Shown here one piece after another: positions 26,451 to 35,940 of a stretch of 64,000 nucleotides of DNA. Numbering within the stretch: position 1 is the stretch's first letter; each line of letters starts with the position of its first letter. Under the pieces are notes generated by a model. That model was not told the DNA's origin. It made no database searches and worked only from the letters and a program-made list of their open reading frames with translations. Both the position numbers and the translations under genes were made by a program. This DNA comes from a virus. The DNA lies in IMG/VR virus record IMGVR_UViG_3300045283_000349, positions 2,968-66,967 of that record, one strand, 5' to 3'.

Positions 26451-28313
26451 TCACGTCGTCCCGGTCTCGAGCGCGATCCTGGTGAAGGCGCTTTGCAGCT
26501 GCCCCGGCAGGAGATCCTTGATCATGTCGGCGATCTCCTGGGCTGCCGCCTCGCCGCCGGCGCCGCTGTAGTTGATCGTGATCGGCGCGCTGACGCTGAC
26601 CGCCCCGACCGTCCCGCCGGCACCGCGCTTGGCGTTGCGGATGTCCTGTGACGGTGCGGGGATCGCTCGGGCCGTGGCATCAGCAACACGCCCGCCCATG
26701 CCCTCGATGCCTGCCGCAAACCCCTCGCCACTCATCCGGCCATAGCGCTCGAACACCTTCGAGGGCGAGTGCATCTCGAGGACGGCTGGGGGGATCGCCT
26801 TGAGGTCCTCCATCATGTTGAAGAGCGCCGCCGGCGCCTTTCCGCCGGCGATGCCGTCCGCGACGCCCTGGTCGATGCCGCTACCGAACCGGTTCACGTC
26901 GGGCAGCAGTGAATCCAGCGCGTTCATCATCAGCTGCACCGACGGCGGTAAAAAGCTGTTGGTCGAGACGCCCGCGGCCAGGCCGCCTGGCGGCCTGCTC
27001 TTCACCACGTGCGGCGCCATGGCGATGCTCATGGCGTTCTTGGGATTGAAGACATCCTCGACGAATCCGGTCTGGCCCGCGCGCGAGGCGGCGCCCGCCG
27101 TTGGTCCTCCCACCTCCTTCTTGCCGCCGGGCAGCTTGCCCAGGAACTCCAGGAACGCGACCCCCGCCTTCGTCGTCCCTTCGATGAGCCCGGGCAGCTT
27201 GGTGAAAAGATTGATCAGCGAATCGGACAGACCCTTGATGTCGATCGCCGCCAGCGACTTCGCCACGCTCTGGAGCATCTGATCGAGCGAGTCGACGATC
27301 CGCTTGCCGTTGGGGCTATCGGGATCGAGCATGTCGGCGATGCGGCCAAAGGCGTTGCCCAGCTCGGTCACGCCCTTCGAATCAGCTAGGCCTTTGAAAA
27401 GCTCCTCTTTGGAGCCCAAGAGTCGGTCGAGCTGGGCCATCGGCGTCTTGCCCATTGCATCGGCCGTCGCTCCAGCCTGAGCACCTTTCGTGACCTTTTT
27501 CAGTGTGCGCTGGATGGCTCCGAAGATCAGGTCTGGCTTCACCCCGCCCTCGGGACCCATCTCCACGCGCTTCTGCGCCTCCAGTGAGCTGACGCCCATG
27601 TGCTTGGCGATGTCGCCGAAAAAATCCTTGTCGCTGACGCCCACGCCTCGGAGCAGCCTGTTGTCAAAACCGCCCTTTCGCTGCGCCCTCGCCAGTTCGG
27701 CACCGACCTCCAAAGCCTTGGAGGTCTTGGCCGCCCTGTCAGGCAGACCAGGAGTGAGCGCAGTGATATCCGCGGCGATCGCGAAAGCTTTGTCGAGCTT
27801 GTCGACCGCCATCCCGGCCCGCAGCAGACCGGCCGCCATGCCTGTAAACGCCTCGTCCTCAATGCCTGTGGCGGAGCGCATGGCATCCGCGAGCGCCTGA
27901 ATCCGTTTGGCGTCGGCGGGTCCGGCTATCGTCGACAGGATCCGGTTCGTCTCGCTGGCGATGCTCGACAGCTTGATCATGTCGACGCCTAGGTCGATGG
28001 CGCCGCGGCCCATAGCCTTGAGGCCTTCGAACGTTGCGAACCCCAGGAACGAGGAGCCAGCGTCGCGGAAGAAGGTCCCGACCTGCCGGCCCAAGGCGCC
28101 CAAAACCTTCCCCATCCCGGTGCCCATGGCATCGACCGCCTTGTTGGCGCCGGCCGCCGCAATGGGCAGGGCGTTGAACGCCCGCAGGGTCATCTTCATG
28201 CCCGGATCGATCTTGACCAGCTGCTTGGTGATGCTGTTGAGCACCTTGTCCAGCGCCGGCAACGAGCCGAGCTTGGCGTCGAGAGCGAGGATGAATTTTA
28301 GCGGGGCGGCCAT
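26451..28313 (-). CDS. tape measure protein
   Basis: 620 aa, Ala/Gly-rich helical; HSPSKVF motif; follows chaperone. Confidence 0.85.
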   Translation of the reverse strand: MAAPLKFILALDAKLGSLPALDKVLNSITKQLVKIDPGMKMTLRAFNALPIAAAGANKAVDAMGTGMGKVLGALGRQVGTFFRDAGSSFLGFATFEGLKAMGRGAIDLGVDMIKLSSIASETNRILSTIAGPADAKRIQALADAMRSATGIEDEAFTGMAAGLLRAGMAVDKLDKAFAIAADITALTPGLPDRAAKTSKALEVGAELARAQRKGGFDNRLLRGVGVSDKDFFGDIAKHMGVSSLEAQKRVEMGPEGGVKPDLIFGAIQRTLKKVTKGAQAGATADAMGKTPMAQLDRLLGSKEELFKGLADSKGVTELGNAFGRIADMLDPDSPNGKRIVDSLDQMLQSVAKSLAAIDIKGLSDSLINLFTKLPGLIEGTTKAGVAFLEFLGKLPGGKKEVGGPTAGAASRAGQTGFVEDVFNPKNAMSIAMAPHVVKSRPPGGLAAGVSTNSFLPPSVQLMMNALDSLLPDVNRFGSGIDQGVADGIAGGKAPAALFNMMEDLKAIPPAVLEMHSPSKVFERYGRMSGEGFAAGIEGMGGRVADATARAIPAPSQDIRNAKRGAGGTVGAVSVSAPITINYSGAGGEAAAQEIADMIKDLLPGQLQSAFTRIALETGTT

Positions 28314-28317
28314 CTGC

Positions 28318-28508
28318 TCACGAGCCTCCTTTCAGGAACCGGCGCACGCCGCGCAGGCAATCGATGAGGTCTCCCACCACCAGCTCGCCAACCTCCGCTA
28401 GGTCGCTTTCCTCGTTGTGCAGGACCCATCGCAGCCAGGCCGTCACGGCCTCCCCGGTTTCGCGCAGGTCGGCGCGCGACCGTTGGAGACCGGCTACAAT
28501 TTTTTTTC
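28318..28508 (-). other. programmed -1 frameshift site and gpGT-like extension
   Basis: A8 run 28500-28507; -1 frame open (IVAGLQRSRADL...FLKGGS) to TGA at 28318, just before TMP. Confidence 0.8.
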
Positions 28509-28886
28509 GGTGGCCTCTTGCCCCGAGCCGGACCAGCCGGCCAGCTTGTCGCCCCAGACCTCGGCCCAGCCAGGCCGCCGCTCGAGCATGGCGCTCAGCT
28601 CGGCGGTGGGCGGATGCACGCAGCAGCCGAACACCAGGGTCTCGAGCGCCATGGCCCGCTGGTTGGGGTCCACGACCATGGACCGGAAGCGCTTGTACTC
28701 GCCCCGGCTGGGGGCCTTGCAGATGATGGCACCGCCCTCCTCGGTCACGATCTGGCGCAGCTCGGTGGTGGGGAAGCGAGCCTTGACCGCTTCGATCACC
28801 TCCGGCGGGAACGCGGTCGGGATCAGATCGGTCACATCGTCTTGGGCTCGGCGTGCCGCAAGTTCATCCATGGTCCTGTCCTCCAT
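28494..28886 (-). CDS. tail assembly chaperone (gpG-like)
   Basis: between tube and TMP; ends GAA AAA AAA TTG TAG. Confidence 0.8.
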   Translation of the reverse strand: MEDRTMDELAARRAQDDVTDLIPTAFPPEVIEAVKARFPTTELRQIVTEEGGAIICKAPSRGEYKRFRSMVVDPNQRAMALETLVFGCCVHPPTAELSAMLERRPGWAEVWGDKLAGWSGSGQEATEKKL

Positions 28887-28889
28887 TGT

Positions 28890-29369
28890 CTAGAAGCCGA
28901 TCCCGATGGGAGCGGCGATCATCCCGTCGACGCCCTCGATGACGCGCATGACGTTCAGGGTGAGCGAGACCTTCGTGGGGTCGGTGCCGTCGGCGTTGTT
29001 GTAGTCCGCCTTGACGATCCGGCAGCCCAGCAGCGTGTGGGTGACCACCGGCATCTGCGCCTCCGCGAACTGGACCACGACCGGGAACCGCACCTCGCCA
29101 TAGCCCTGCCCCGCCAGGAACCCCACGGCGTTCAGGCTGGCCCGGAACACCTCCCAGGCGCGCAGGTACATCTCGAGCGTGCCGTCCGCGGTCTGCTTGC
29201 CGCGGGTGGTGCCGAGCTTCTGCGAGCGCGTCCCATAGACGTCGGCGACGTCGAGGCCGGTCGAGTAGTTGATCGCGGTGAAGTCCACGATCTTGATCCC
29301 AGGCAGCCCCGCCTCGATGGAGGCGAAGCTGTAGAAGTTGCCCTGAATCAGCGGGTTTTGCAGCGGCAT
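28890..29369 (-). CDS. tail tube protein
   Basis: 159 aa directly after sheath. Confidence 0.8.
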   Translation of the reverse strand: MPLQNPLIQGNFYSFASIEAGLPGIKIVDFTAINYSTGLDVADVYGTRSQKLGTTRGKQTADGTLEMYLRAWEVFRASLNAVGFLAGQGYGEVRFPVVVQFAEAQMPVVTHTLLGCRIVKADYNNADGTDPTKVSLTLNVMRVIEGVDGMIAAPIGIGF

Positions 29370-29382
29370 GGTGTCCCTTTCC

Positions 29383-31041
29383 TCAACCGATCGCGGGGTT
29401 GCTGAAGCCGATGCTGGTGGTGATGTGTTTGAGGTAGGCCTTCGGGATCACGCGCACCGTGACCGGCTGGGAGGCGCCCTCCAGCAGGTTCGCAGTCCGC
29501 GACATCACCACCTGGGCCGACGAGGCCATGCCGGGCGCGATGAGGCCGGCCCTCAGCTGGCTGTTGACGTCGGCCTCGAAGCGCTGGGCCTCTTTCTCAT
29601 CGATGAACCCGTTGGCGGCGATCGTCACCTCCTGGTTCAGGTACGGCAGCTCGGCCTGGCGGGTGATCCTGCAAGCCGTGTCCATGACCCGGCGGTTCAT
29701 GCCGTAGGTGAAGTCGGACCCGCCGGGCGCCATCATCCGGAAATTGGTGATGAAGTAGCCCTCTTTGCCCCGCTGCCTGGTGAGCGTGGTGAAGCGCTGC
29801 TCGTCGAGGCCCGGCGTGGCGCCCTCGTTGCGGTAGATCGAGGTGACCCCGGGCAAGGCGCCGCGGCCCACCCAGGCGGGATCCTCCTCCTGCGAGATGA
29901 GGGCGATCCGGGCCGCCACCACCCAGGCGCAGTTGCGGCGGTTGATCTTGGACGTGAGCGGCGAGACCAAGGCGGCGTCGCCCGCGCAGACCGTCACCCG
30001 CTTGGAGACGTAGGAGGCGAAGGTGCTGATCAGCACGCTGTCGGCCTCGGTCGTCGGGCACTCGGTGAGTGCATAGGTGTAACGGAATGCCGTCTCCATC
30101 CCGGTCAACTTGGTGTCCACCGCGACCGCCAAGGTGTAGGCGTTGGCCGCGCTGCTGGGCGCTCCCACGACGTGGATGTGATCCCACTCCGTGGCCTGGC
30201 CGCTGAGGACGTCCATGGCGCTGTTGACGTCGCTGACCGTGAAGGCAGCGGCCACCGAGGTGAAGCTGTAGGTGTCGCCAGCGGTGAAGGTCCCGGCGAA
30301 GGTCAGTACCAAGCCGGTGCCCGGGATCGCATAGACCCCGCCGCCCGGGATGGCGATGATCGGCGAGACGCTGTTGCCGCCGTCGGTGCTGTAGATGAAG
30401 GCGCCGACACCGAGGCCGCCCGCGGTGTTGATCTGGACGATCGCATCGAAGGCGTCGTCGGGCGACGAGGCCTGCGTGACGGTCGGGCCACCGCCCGCGT
30501 TGGTCACGACGCCGTTGGTCCCGACCGTGTAGGTGGCGTTGAGGACGTAGGTCCCCGCCGGGAACGTCAGGACGGTCAGTGTCCCGGGCACCAGGATCGT
30601 GGCGGCCGTCGGGACGGGCGCGCTGTAGGCACCGCCGTCCACGCTGAACTGCACCTGCGACGTGGCCAGGATGCCCGCGGTCGAGATCTTGGCCACGATC
30701 ACCCGGTCGGGCGCGAGGCTCACCGCCACGGTGCCTGTGCCGGGGCCCACGTGGGTGGTGCCGCCGCCGGTGCCGTTGACGCCCGCCGTGCCCGGCGTGG
30801 TGGGGTTCGCGGGGCAGGCATAGACGGGCCCCCCGGCGACGTTAAGCACCTGGCCGATGGCCTCGACCAGCGGCCCAGAGCCGAGGTCGGCCGAGAGCTG
30901 GTTGATGTCGCTGTACCCCTTGACCGTGTTGGGCACGCCCTTGCTGCAGATCCCGATCTTGGCCGAGGCGCCGGCGACGTTTGGCGGGAGCGTGCCGAGC
31001 GCCCCGTCCTCGATCGTCATTGTGATCCCTGGTAGTGCCAT
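29383..31041 (-). CDS. tail sheath protein (DUF2586-like)
   Basis: DGALG, LG.GPLVEA, LDEQRFTTL...G.FITN, RRVMD.ACR. Confidence 0.85.
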   Translation of the reverse strand: MALPGITMTIEDGALGTLPPNVAGASAKIGICSKGVPNTVKGYSDINQLSADLGSGPLVEAIGQVLNVAGGPVYACPANPTTPGTAGVNGTGGGTTHVGPGTGTVAVSLAPDRVIVAKISTAGILATSQVQFSVDGGAYSAPVPTAATILVPGTLTVLTFPAGTYVLNATYTVGTNGVVTNAGGGPTVTQASSPDDAFDAIVQINTAGGLGVGAFIYSTDGGNSVSPIIAIPGGGVYAIPGTGLVLTFAGTFTAGDTYSFTSVAAAFTVSDVNSAMDVLSGQATEWDHIHVVGAPSSAANAYTLAVAVDTKLTGMETAFRYTYALTECPTTEADSVLISTFASYVSKRVTVCAGDAALVSPLTSKINRRNCAWVVAARIALISQEEDPAWVGRGALPGVTSIYRNEGATPGLDEQRFTTLTRQRGKEGYFITNFRMMAPGGSDFTYGMNRRVMDTACRITRQAELPYLNQEVTIAANGFIDEKEAQRFEADVNSQLRAGLIAPGMASSAQVVMSRTANLLEGASQPVTVRVIPKAYLKHITTSIGFSNPAIG

Positions 31042-31059
31042 CGTCTATTCCCCCGCCTG

Positions 31060-31087
31060 TTGACCTGTTCGTTGACCTGTTGACCTA
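31060..31087 (+). repeat. 8-bp unit array C
   Basis: TTGACCTG ttcg TTGACCTG TTGACCTA. Confidence 0.75.
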
Positions 31088-31098
31088 CGGGCGCGCGT

Positions 31099-31386
31099 CT
31101 ACTGGATCCCGACCTGCCCCGCCTCCATCACCGCGGCGTCGAACTCGGCCTCGGTCACCTCTTTGCCCTCGGGCCACTTCCTGTGGGCCTTGGCCTGCGT
31201 GTAGAGCACGAGGTTCGGGTTCTGCCGGGGCATCTGCACCTGCCGGCTGCCCATGCGCGCGGGCGTTGTGATGAGCGCGGGCAACATCCCCTTGGCCGTC
31301 GCCCACTCCTCGATCGTCTTGACCGGGCCCGGGGCTTGCGCCGGGGGGCCGCTGCTGGTCTTCTCTTCTTCGTCGTCGCTGATCAT
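31099..31386 (-). CDS. small structural-region protein
   Basis: AAGGAGG SD; W..GKEVTEAEFDAAV. Confidence 0.65.
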   Translation of the reverse strand: MISDDEEEKTSSGPPAQAPGPVKTIEEWATAKGMLPALITTPARMGSRQVQMPRQNPNLVLYTQAKAHRKWPEGKEVTEAEFDAAVMEAGQVGIQ

Positions 31387-31402
31387 GGCTGCGCGGCCTC
31401 CT

Positions 31403-31840
31403 TTAGCTGGGCGGATCGATGACGGGCACGAGCGGCCCGTCCGTGAAAGGCGCCGTCAATTCGCGGCGGTTGATCGGGATCAAGAACGACATCTCCTGCG
31501 TGACCAGGAAGCCGCGGCCGCTGAGCGCCTTGAGCGTCCAGGCGCCGGTCCCAGGCCGCACGGTCCAGCTGACCGCGGCGATGATCGCGTTGATCAGCTG
31601 CTCCTCGAGGTCCTCGACCGCATCCATCGAGTCGGCCCAGATGTGCATCCGGACATTTTCGACCTTGGTCAAAAGCGAGCGCGGGGCGCCGTGGGACCCC
31701 TCGTAGGTGCGGGTCGATGGCTCCATGACGATCCGGTTCGAGGGATCGTTCTTGGCCAGCTCGTCGCGGCCGCCGACCCGGTAAACCACGGTGGGCGGCA
31801 GCTGCGCCTTGATGGCGTCGAAGATGGCCGACAGGCTCAC
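31403..31840 (-). CDS. putative tail terminator
   Basis: GTGA-coupled; position between neck and sheath genes. Confidence 0.55.
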   Translation of the reverse strand: MSLSAIFDAIKAQLPPTVVYRVGGRDELAKNDPSNRIVMEPSTRTYEGSHGAPRSLLTKVENVRMHIWADSMDAVEDLEEQLINAIIAAVSWTVRPGTGAWTLKALSGRGFLVTQEMSFLIPINRRELTAPFTDGPLVPVIDPPS

Positions 31841-32340
31841 GGCGTCCTCCCGGAGAACAGCGCCTTGATCCGCAAGCTTGCCTCGGCCCGGATCGCGGCG
31901 TCCCAGTAGGGGCCGATGTTGTCGATGGGCGGGATCATCATCCGCTGTGGGATCGTCACCGACTTGGCGAAGAAGCGTTTGCCGCCGACCTTCCAGGACA
32001 GGTTGCGCGCCCGCACGGGCCGGATGTTGGCCTTGCCGTATTGGTGCACAGGCGCGTACTGCGCCCCGATCACGAGCTCGAAGCCGTCGGGCCGTGGGAC
32101 CACCGTCGCCGAGGCCCGCATCCGACCGGTCCGCAGCAGGGGCTTGCCGGCGCGCAGGCGCAGCGGCTTCCAGGCATTGCCGTACGGGTCGCGGCTGTCC
32201 CGGAACTGGTCCATGAGCTGTTTGAGGGCGGCCACGCCCATGCCCTGGCAGAGCGAGGCCTGCCACTGGGGCGTGGCCACCAGGTTGACCCGGTTGATCA
32301 GCCTGGCCAGCCCGGTGAAGTCCCCCGACACGCCGGCCAT
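31837..32340 (-). CDS. phage virion morphogenesis protein (Mu gpG / tail completion S family)
   Basis: F....DPYG..W.PL...L..TG.M..S...YA.VHQYG...IPQR. Confidence 0.85.
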   Translation of the reverse strand: MAGVSGDFTGLARLINRVNLVATPQWQASLCQGMGVAALKQLMDQFRDSRDPYGNAWKPLRLRAGKPLLRTGRMRASATVVPRPDGFELVIGAQYAPVHQYGKANIRPVRARNLSWKVGGKRFFAKSVTIPQRMMIPPIDNIGPYWDAAIRAEASLRIKALFSGRTP

Positions 32341-32846
32341 CAGTCCCCCACAAACCCGCCGCGCGGGCCGTTGAGATCGAAGATGACCCCGTTGCCGTCG
32401 CCGCGGCTCGAGAAGCCCCGCGACGTGCCCGAGATGACCACCGGTCGGCGCGCGGCCTCGTTGACGTCGGGCGGGGCCGGCGTGGTGCCCACGGTTCCGT
32501 GCAAGGAGATGTCGCCGTCGCGCACGCCCTCGAACCACTTGATCGCGTCCTTGTAGCGCGACTCGTAGATGTTGTCGGCGCCGTTCTCGGGCGCATAGCC
32601 AACGCTCGAAAGCAGCAGGTAAGCGGCGATCCAGCTGACGTACATCGCGACGTCCGTCCCCACCGCCAGCAGGGGCAGCGTGAAGGGGTAGCCGTCGCGG
32701 TTGCTCAGATACCCGTCCGCCACGCGCGACGCTGCCTCGAGATCCCGGCCCACCATGTCTGTGGTGATCCCCTGGTCCTCGAGCAAATTCGGGCCGACCC
32801 CGAAATTTTCGAAGTCGGCTTCGGTGGCGTAGACGGTGACGGGCAA
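32340..32846 (-). CDS. head-tail adaptor (Mu gp36 / DUF1320)
   Basis: YAT..D, AS..ADGYL..R..LPL, IAAY.L, RYKDAI.W. Confidence 0.85.
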   Translation of the reverse strand: MPVTVYATEADFENFGVGPNLLEDQGITTDMVGRDLEAASRVADGYLSNRDGYPFTLPLLAVGTDVAMYVSWIAAYLLLSSVGYAPENGADNIYESRYKDAIKWFEGVRDGDISLHGTVGTTPAPPDVNEAARRPVVISGTSRGFSSRGDGNGVIFDLNGPRGGFVGD

Positions 32847-32859
32847 CTACGTGGTCCCT

Positions 32860-33258
32860 TCAGCGACGCTTGCGCGCGGCCTGTTCCTCGGACAGCACAC
32901 CCTCGGTCGACGCGCCTTCCCTGGGTCCACCGGCGTGTGCCAGCACGGCACCCTCGCCGCCCCGGAGGCGCGCGTTCTCCTCTTTGAGGCGCGCGTTCTC
33001 GGCCACCAGGGCCGCGTGGTCCTGGGCCACGGTCAGCGGATCACCGGGCGCGCGGACCGTGAGGTGCGGGTCCTTCTTCAGGATCTCGTAGGTCGCCTTG
33101 CCGATCCGAACGCCCTTGGCGGGATCGTGCGCAGGATCCTCGTCCTGATCGAGGACCTCCACCGGCGTGGGAGCCCCGCTCGGCCACTTGCGCCCGGCCC
33201 GGTAGGAGCCGTCGTGGCCGGGCCGGGGGACGGCTTGGACGTGAAATTTCGTTGCCAT
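32860..33258 (-). CDS. Mu-like post-capsid protein (HI1506-like)
   Basis: G.YRAG..W ... L..DP.L.V, then coiled coil. Confidence 0.6.
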   Translation of the reverse strand: MATKFHVQAVPRPGHDGSYRAGRKWPSGAPTPVEVLDQDEDPAHDPAKGVRIGKATYEILKKDPHLTVRAPGDPLTVAQDHAALVAENARLKEENARLRGGEGAVLAHAGGPREGASTEGVLSEEQAARKRR

Positions 33259-33283
33259 GAATGTCGCCCTTTCTGTTGCTGGG

Positions 33284-33381
33284 AAAAACCCCGCGGACAC
33301 CGGCGCAACGGTCCACTTCGACCAGCAGCCCCTTGCAGGGCCGCCGGGAGAATGCCTAGGACCAGCACCGGCATCCGCGAG
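33284..33381 (-). terminator. branched RNA structure ending in U5 after the capsid gene
   Basis: 17-bp stem with four G-U pairs enclosing inner stems, then GTTTTT. Confidence 0.55.
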
Positions 33382-33386
33382 AAAAG

Positions 33387-34310
33387 CTAGACCGTGACCG
33401 CTCGGATCGCGGTGAAGGGCAGGCCGTAGCCGGCCGCACCGCGGGCGTCCGAGCCGAACTCGTACTCCTTGCGGTAGAACACGTTGTCGAGAGACGCGTC
33501 CGTCCGGGTGATGAAGTCCGGCTCCTTGCGGACCTGCAGGATGATCGGCTTGAGCCGGGTCGTGCTGAGGAGGTAGTAAACCGTCGGCTCGTTTTCGAGC
33601 CGCGGAATCACCAGCACCTTCATCGGCCGGCCGCCCGCAATGCCCGCCAGCAGCGGGTTCGGGATGGCGGCGTTGTTGGACGCGACGACCGGCGCCATCG
33701 CCGTGGCAGCGTCCAGCGCGAGCGAGGGGGGCACCACGAGCAGGTCGGGGTAGATCTCCAACGACCGTCCCGACTCGCCCTTGAACGCCAGCATCTTGTT
33801 GGACAAGAAGGCCAGGTTCGTGGGGGTGATCGGCTTGGCCGTGAACAGGTTGGCGTACGTGCCAGCGCTGTCGTCGTCCAGGTTGATCGGGTGGTCGGTG
33901 TCGAAGAAGAACTGGCCGTCGAAGGCCGTGGTGGTCGAGCCCGCCTGCAAGCAGTCGAACACGAGGTTGTCCCACAGCGCCTTGGCCGCGTCGCCCAGCA
34001 GCTCGGCGTGCCGGCTGTAGATGCCGAACTGATCGTCTTCGATCTTGTTCCGTGAAACGGTGAAGCCGTCCTCCCAGTCCTTGTTGACGATCGAGTAGGC
34101 GCGGCTTGCCAGGTTGTGGAAGACCCGGGGGCCGATCCATTCCCGGAAGCCCGGGATCTCGGCCAGCCACGCGTACGTGTTCGACTCGGTCGTCGACGGC
34201 AACCGTTCGGCCAACTGCGGCCAGAAGATCGTCCGGTTGGCGAGGCCGAGGTCGAAGTCATTGTGGAACTGCGTGAAGAGGAAATTGAGCGATGCCGGTG
34301 TGATCTGCAT
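33387..34310 (-). CDS. major capsid protein (Mu gpT-like)
   Basis: Y.WL...PG.REWIG.R, RNKIEDDQ.GIY, DGQ.FFDTDHP, KP.I.Q.RK. Confidence 0.95.
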   Translation of the reverse strand: MQITPASLNFLFTQFHNDFDLGLANRTIFWPQLAERLPSTTESNTYAWLAEIPGFREWIGPRVFHNLASRAYSIVNKDWEDGFTVSRNKIEDDQFGIYSRHAELLGDAAKALWDNLVFDCLQAGSTTTAFDGQFFFDTDHPINLDDDSAGTYANLFTAKPITPTNLAFLSNKMLAFKGESGRSLEIYPDLLVVPPSLALDAATAMAPVVASNNAAIPNPLLAGIAGGRPMKVLVIPRLENEPTVYYLLSTTRLKPIILQVRKEPDFITRTDASLDNVFYRKEYEFGSDARGAAGYGLPFTAIRAVTV

Positions 34311-34323
34311 GGTCGTCTCTCCC

Positions 34324-34752
34324 TCAGCTCGCGTGCTTCATCTGGACCCAGACGCCTTGGGCGTCGACCGCGATGATTTTTCCGGCTGCGGAGCGCGCGC
34401 CGCTGTTGTCCGTCTTGGCGACCGTGTGATCGTCGACGATGTAGCAGATGTTGCCGACGTCGGCCTGGGCGATGAGATCGCCCGAGGCGCTGTTGTCCCA
34501 GCGGAAGATCCCGCTGTCGACGGCGCACTTGAACGCCTCGGCGGCGCCCCCCGTGTTGTCGTACGTGTCGCGCGAGCGCCCCACGCAGATGAGGCCCGTG
34601 GTGGTGGTGCCGGGCACCAGGCGCTTGTTGGTCCCGTCGATGCACGCGATCGAGCCCAGCCACACCTTGGCGTTGGCCGCGATCGGGAAATCGTACGGGG
34701 CAATGTCCTGCCCCAGGCGGGGCGTGCTTCGTGGCTTTGTCAGAGCGGCCAT
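34324..34752 (-). CDS. head decoration protein
   Basis: GAGGAGG SD; DNTGGA, YIVDDHTV, R.AAGKI..VD..GVWV. Confidence 0.75.
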   Translation of the reverse strand: MAALTKPRSTPRLGQDIAPYDFPIAANAKVWLGSIACIDGTNKRLVPGTTTTGLICVGRSRDTYDNTGGAAEAFKCAVDSGIFRWDNSASGDLIAQADVGNICYIVDDHTVAKTDNSGARSAAGKIIAVDAQGVWVQMKHAS

Positions 34753-34762
34753 GTCGTCCTCC

Positions 34763-35401
34763 TCACTTCCCCTGCGCGGCAGCGTCGCGGCCGCAGACCT
34801 TTGCGATGTGGGCCTCGAGCGGATCGGGCATGCCGCCGCCTTCGACGTTCGGCGGCTTGAGGCCGCCCGGCGGGATGGCCACCTTGAGCGACAGGCAGGT
34901 CCGCAAAAACGCGATCCCGTCGTGGGTGATGCGCCCGCCGTTGAGCTTGAGCGCGTCCGCCTTGAGCTTGGTCCGGTCCGCCGGGGAGAGGCCCTTCGCG
35001 CTGGCCTCGTTGAGGACGCCCTCGAACTCGCCGCTGAGCTTCTCGTTTTCCAGCTCGGTGACCCGCGCCGAGAGCCGCTCGACCTCGCCGTGCGAGGCTT
35101 TCCAGGAGTGGATTTTTCCGATCGCCACCGCATCGCTGTCAGCGCCGGTGAGGCCGCGGACGTTGCTGCGGAACGTGGACAGGGCGGTGACCGCCGCGGT
35201 CCGATCGGGAGCGCCGGCCGTTGCACCCAGCGACAGCACTGCGGTCAACGTCTTGACCTCTTCGACGGCTGTCTGGCCATCGCCCGCGGCCGTTGACAGC
35301 TTCGCCGTCAGGTCGGCGTTGGTTGCCTCCAGCGCAGTCAGTTTTGCGGTGAGCTGCTCGTGCGCGGCCTGCAGCTCCTTGTAGAGCTTCTCGTAATCCA
35401 T
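34763..35401 (-). CDS. nested in-frame scaffolding protein (Mu gpZ-like)
   Basis: internal ATG 35401 preceded by GAGGAGG; coiled coil follows. Confidence 0.65.
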   Translation of the reverse strand: MDYEKLYKELQAAHEQLTAKLTALEATNADLTAKLSTAAGDGQTAVEEVKTLTAVLSLGATAGAPDRTAAVTALSTFRSNVRGLTGADSDAVAIGKIHSWKASHGEVERLSARVTELENEKLSGEFEGVLNEASAKGLSPADRTKLKADALKLNGGRITHDGIAFLRTCLSLKVAIPPGGLKPPNVEGGGMPDPLEAHIAKVCGRDAAAQGK

Positions 35402-35896
35402 GCTGGTCCCCTCCTCTGTTCCGGTCGTTTGTCTCCGCGAGGCCGCGACGAGCGGCGCGATCCCGCGCATGGCGGGGATATTCGTAAGCGCGAGGTTGAG
35501 GACCTCCTTGATGCGGCCCTCGTCGGTGTGTGAAAAAGCCGGCGAGAAGTAGCGGTACTCGCCCGACGACAGGTAGCCCGCGGCGCGGTCGGTCCACTTG
35601 CACTCGGTGGCCCACAGCTCGCCGTTTCGGATCTGCGGCACCCAGCTCATGCACGACGCCGGCGCCTCGATGGGCGGCTCGGTGAGCGCCTGGTGCTCGT
35701 AGTCCATGGTCAGGTCGACCTTGCGGCGCCCGTACGACTCCATCACCGTGCGGGCCGCTTCCTCGTCGAACGTGAAGTCGCCCTTCTCCGTCTCGTTCAC
35801 GCCGGCCCGGAAGATCCGGAACTCCGACGGCGGCACACGCAGCTCGAGCCCGACGAGGGCGTCGAACATCGTGGGCGCGGCGTAGAGCGGATTCAC
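34763..35896 (-). CDS. prohead protease / scaffold (Mu gpI)
   Basis: DYEHQ, APA..W, WT..A...L...EYRY.SP.F, ALTN.PA. Confidence 0.93.
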   Translation of the reverse strand: MNPLYAAPTMFDALVGLELRVPPSEFRIFRAGVNETEKGDFTFDEEAARTVMESYGRRKVDLTMDYEHQALTEPPIEAPASCMSWVPQIRNGELWATECKWTDRAAGYLSSGEYRYFSPAFSHTDEGRIKEVLNLALTNIPAMRGIAPLVAASRRQTTGTEEGTSMDYEKLYKELQAAHEQLTAKLTALEATNADLTAKLSTAAGDGQTAVEEVKTLTAVLSLGATAGAPDRTAAVTALSTFRSNVRGLTGADSDAVAIGKIHSWKASHGEVERLSARVTELENEKLSGEFEGVLNEASAKGLSPADRTKLKADALKLNGGRITHDGIAFLRTCLSLKVAIPPGGLKPPNVEGGGMPDPLEAHIAKVCGRDAAAQGK

Positions 35897-35903
35897 CAGT
35901 CGC

Positions 35904-35940
35904 AGCGTGCAGGCGCGCGCAGGTCGCCTTCAAGGTTTCG
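35904..35940 (-). promoter_or_regulatory. phage late promoter, copy 4
   Basis: CGAAACC TTGAAG N18 CACGCT N7 GTG; overlapped by palindrome TTTCGCATGCGAAA (35936-35949). Confidence 0.75.
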
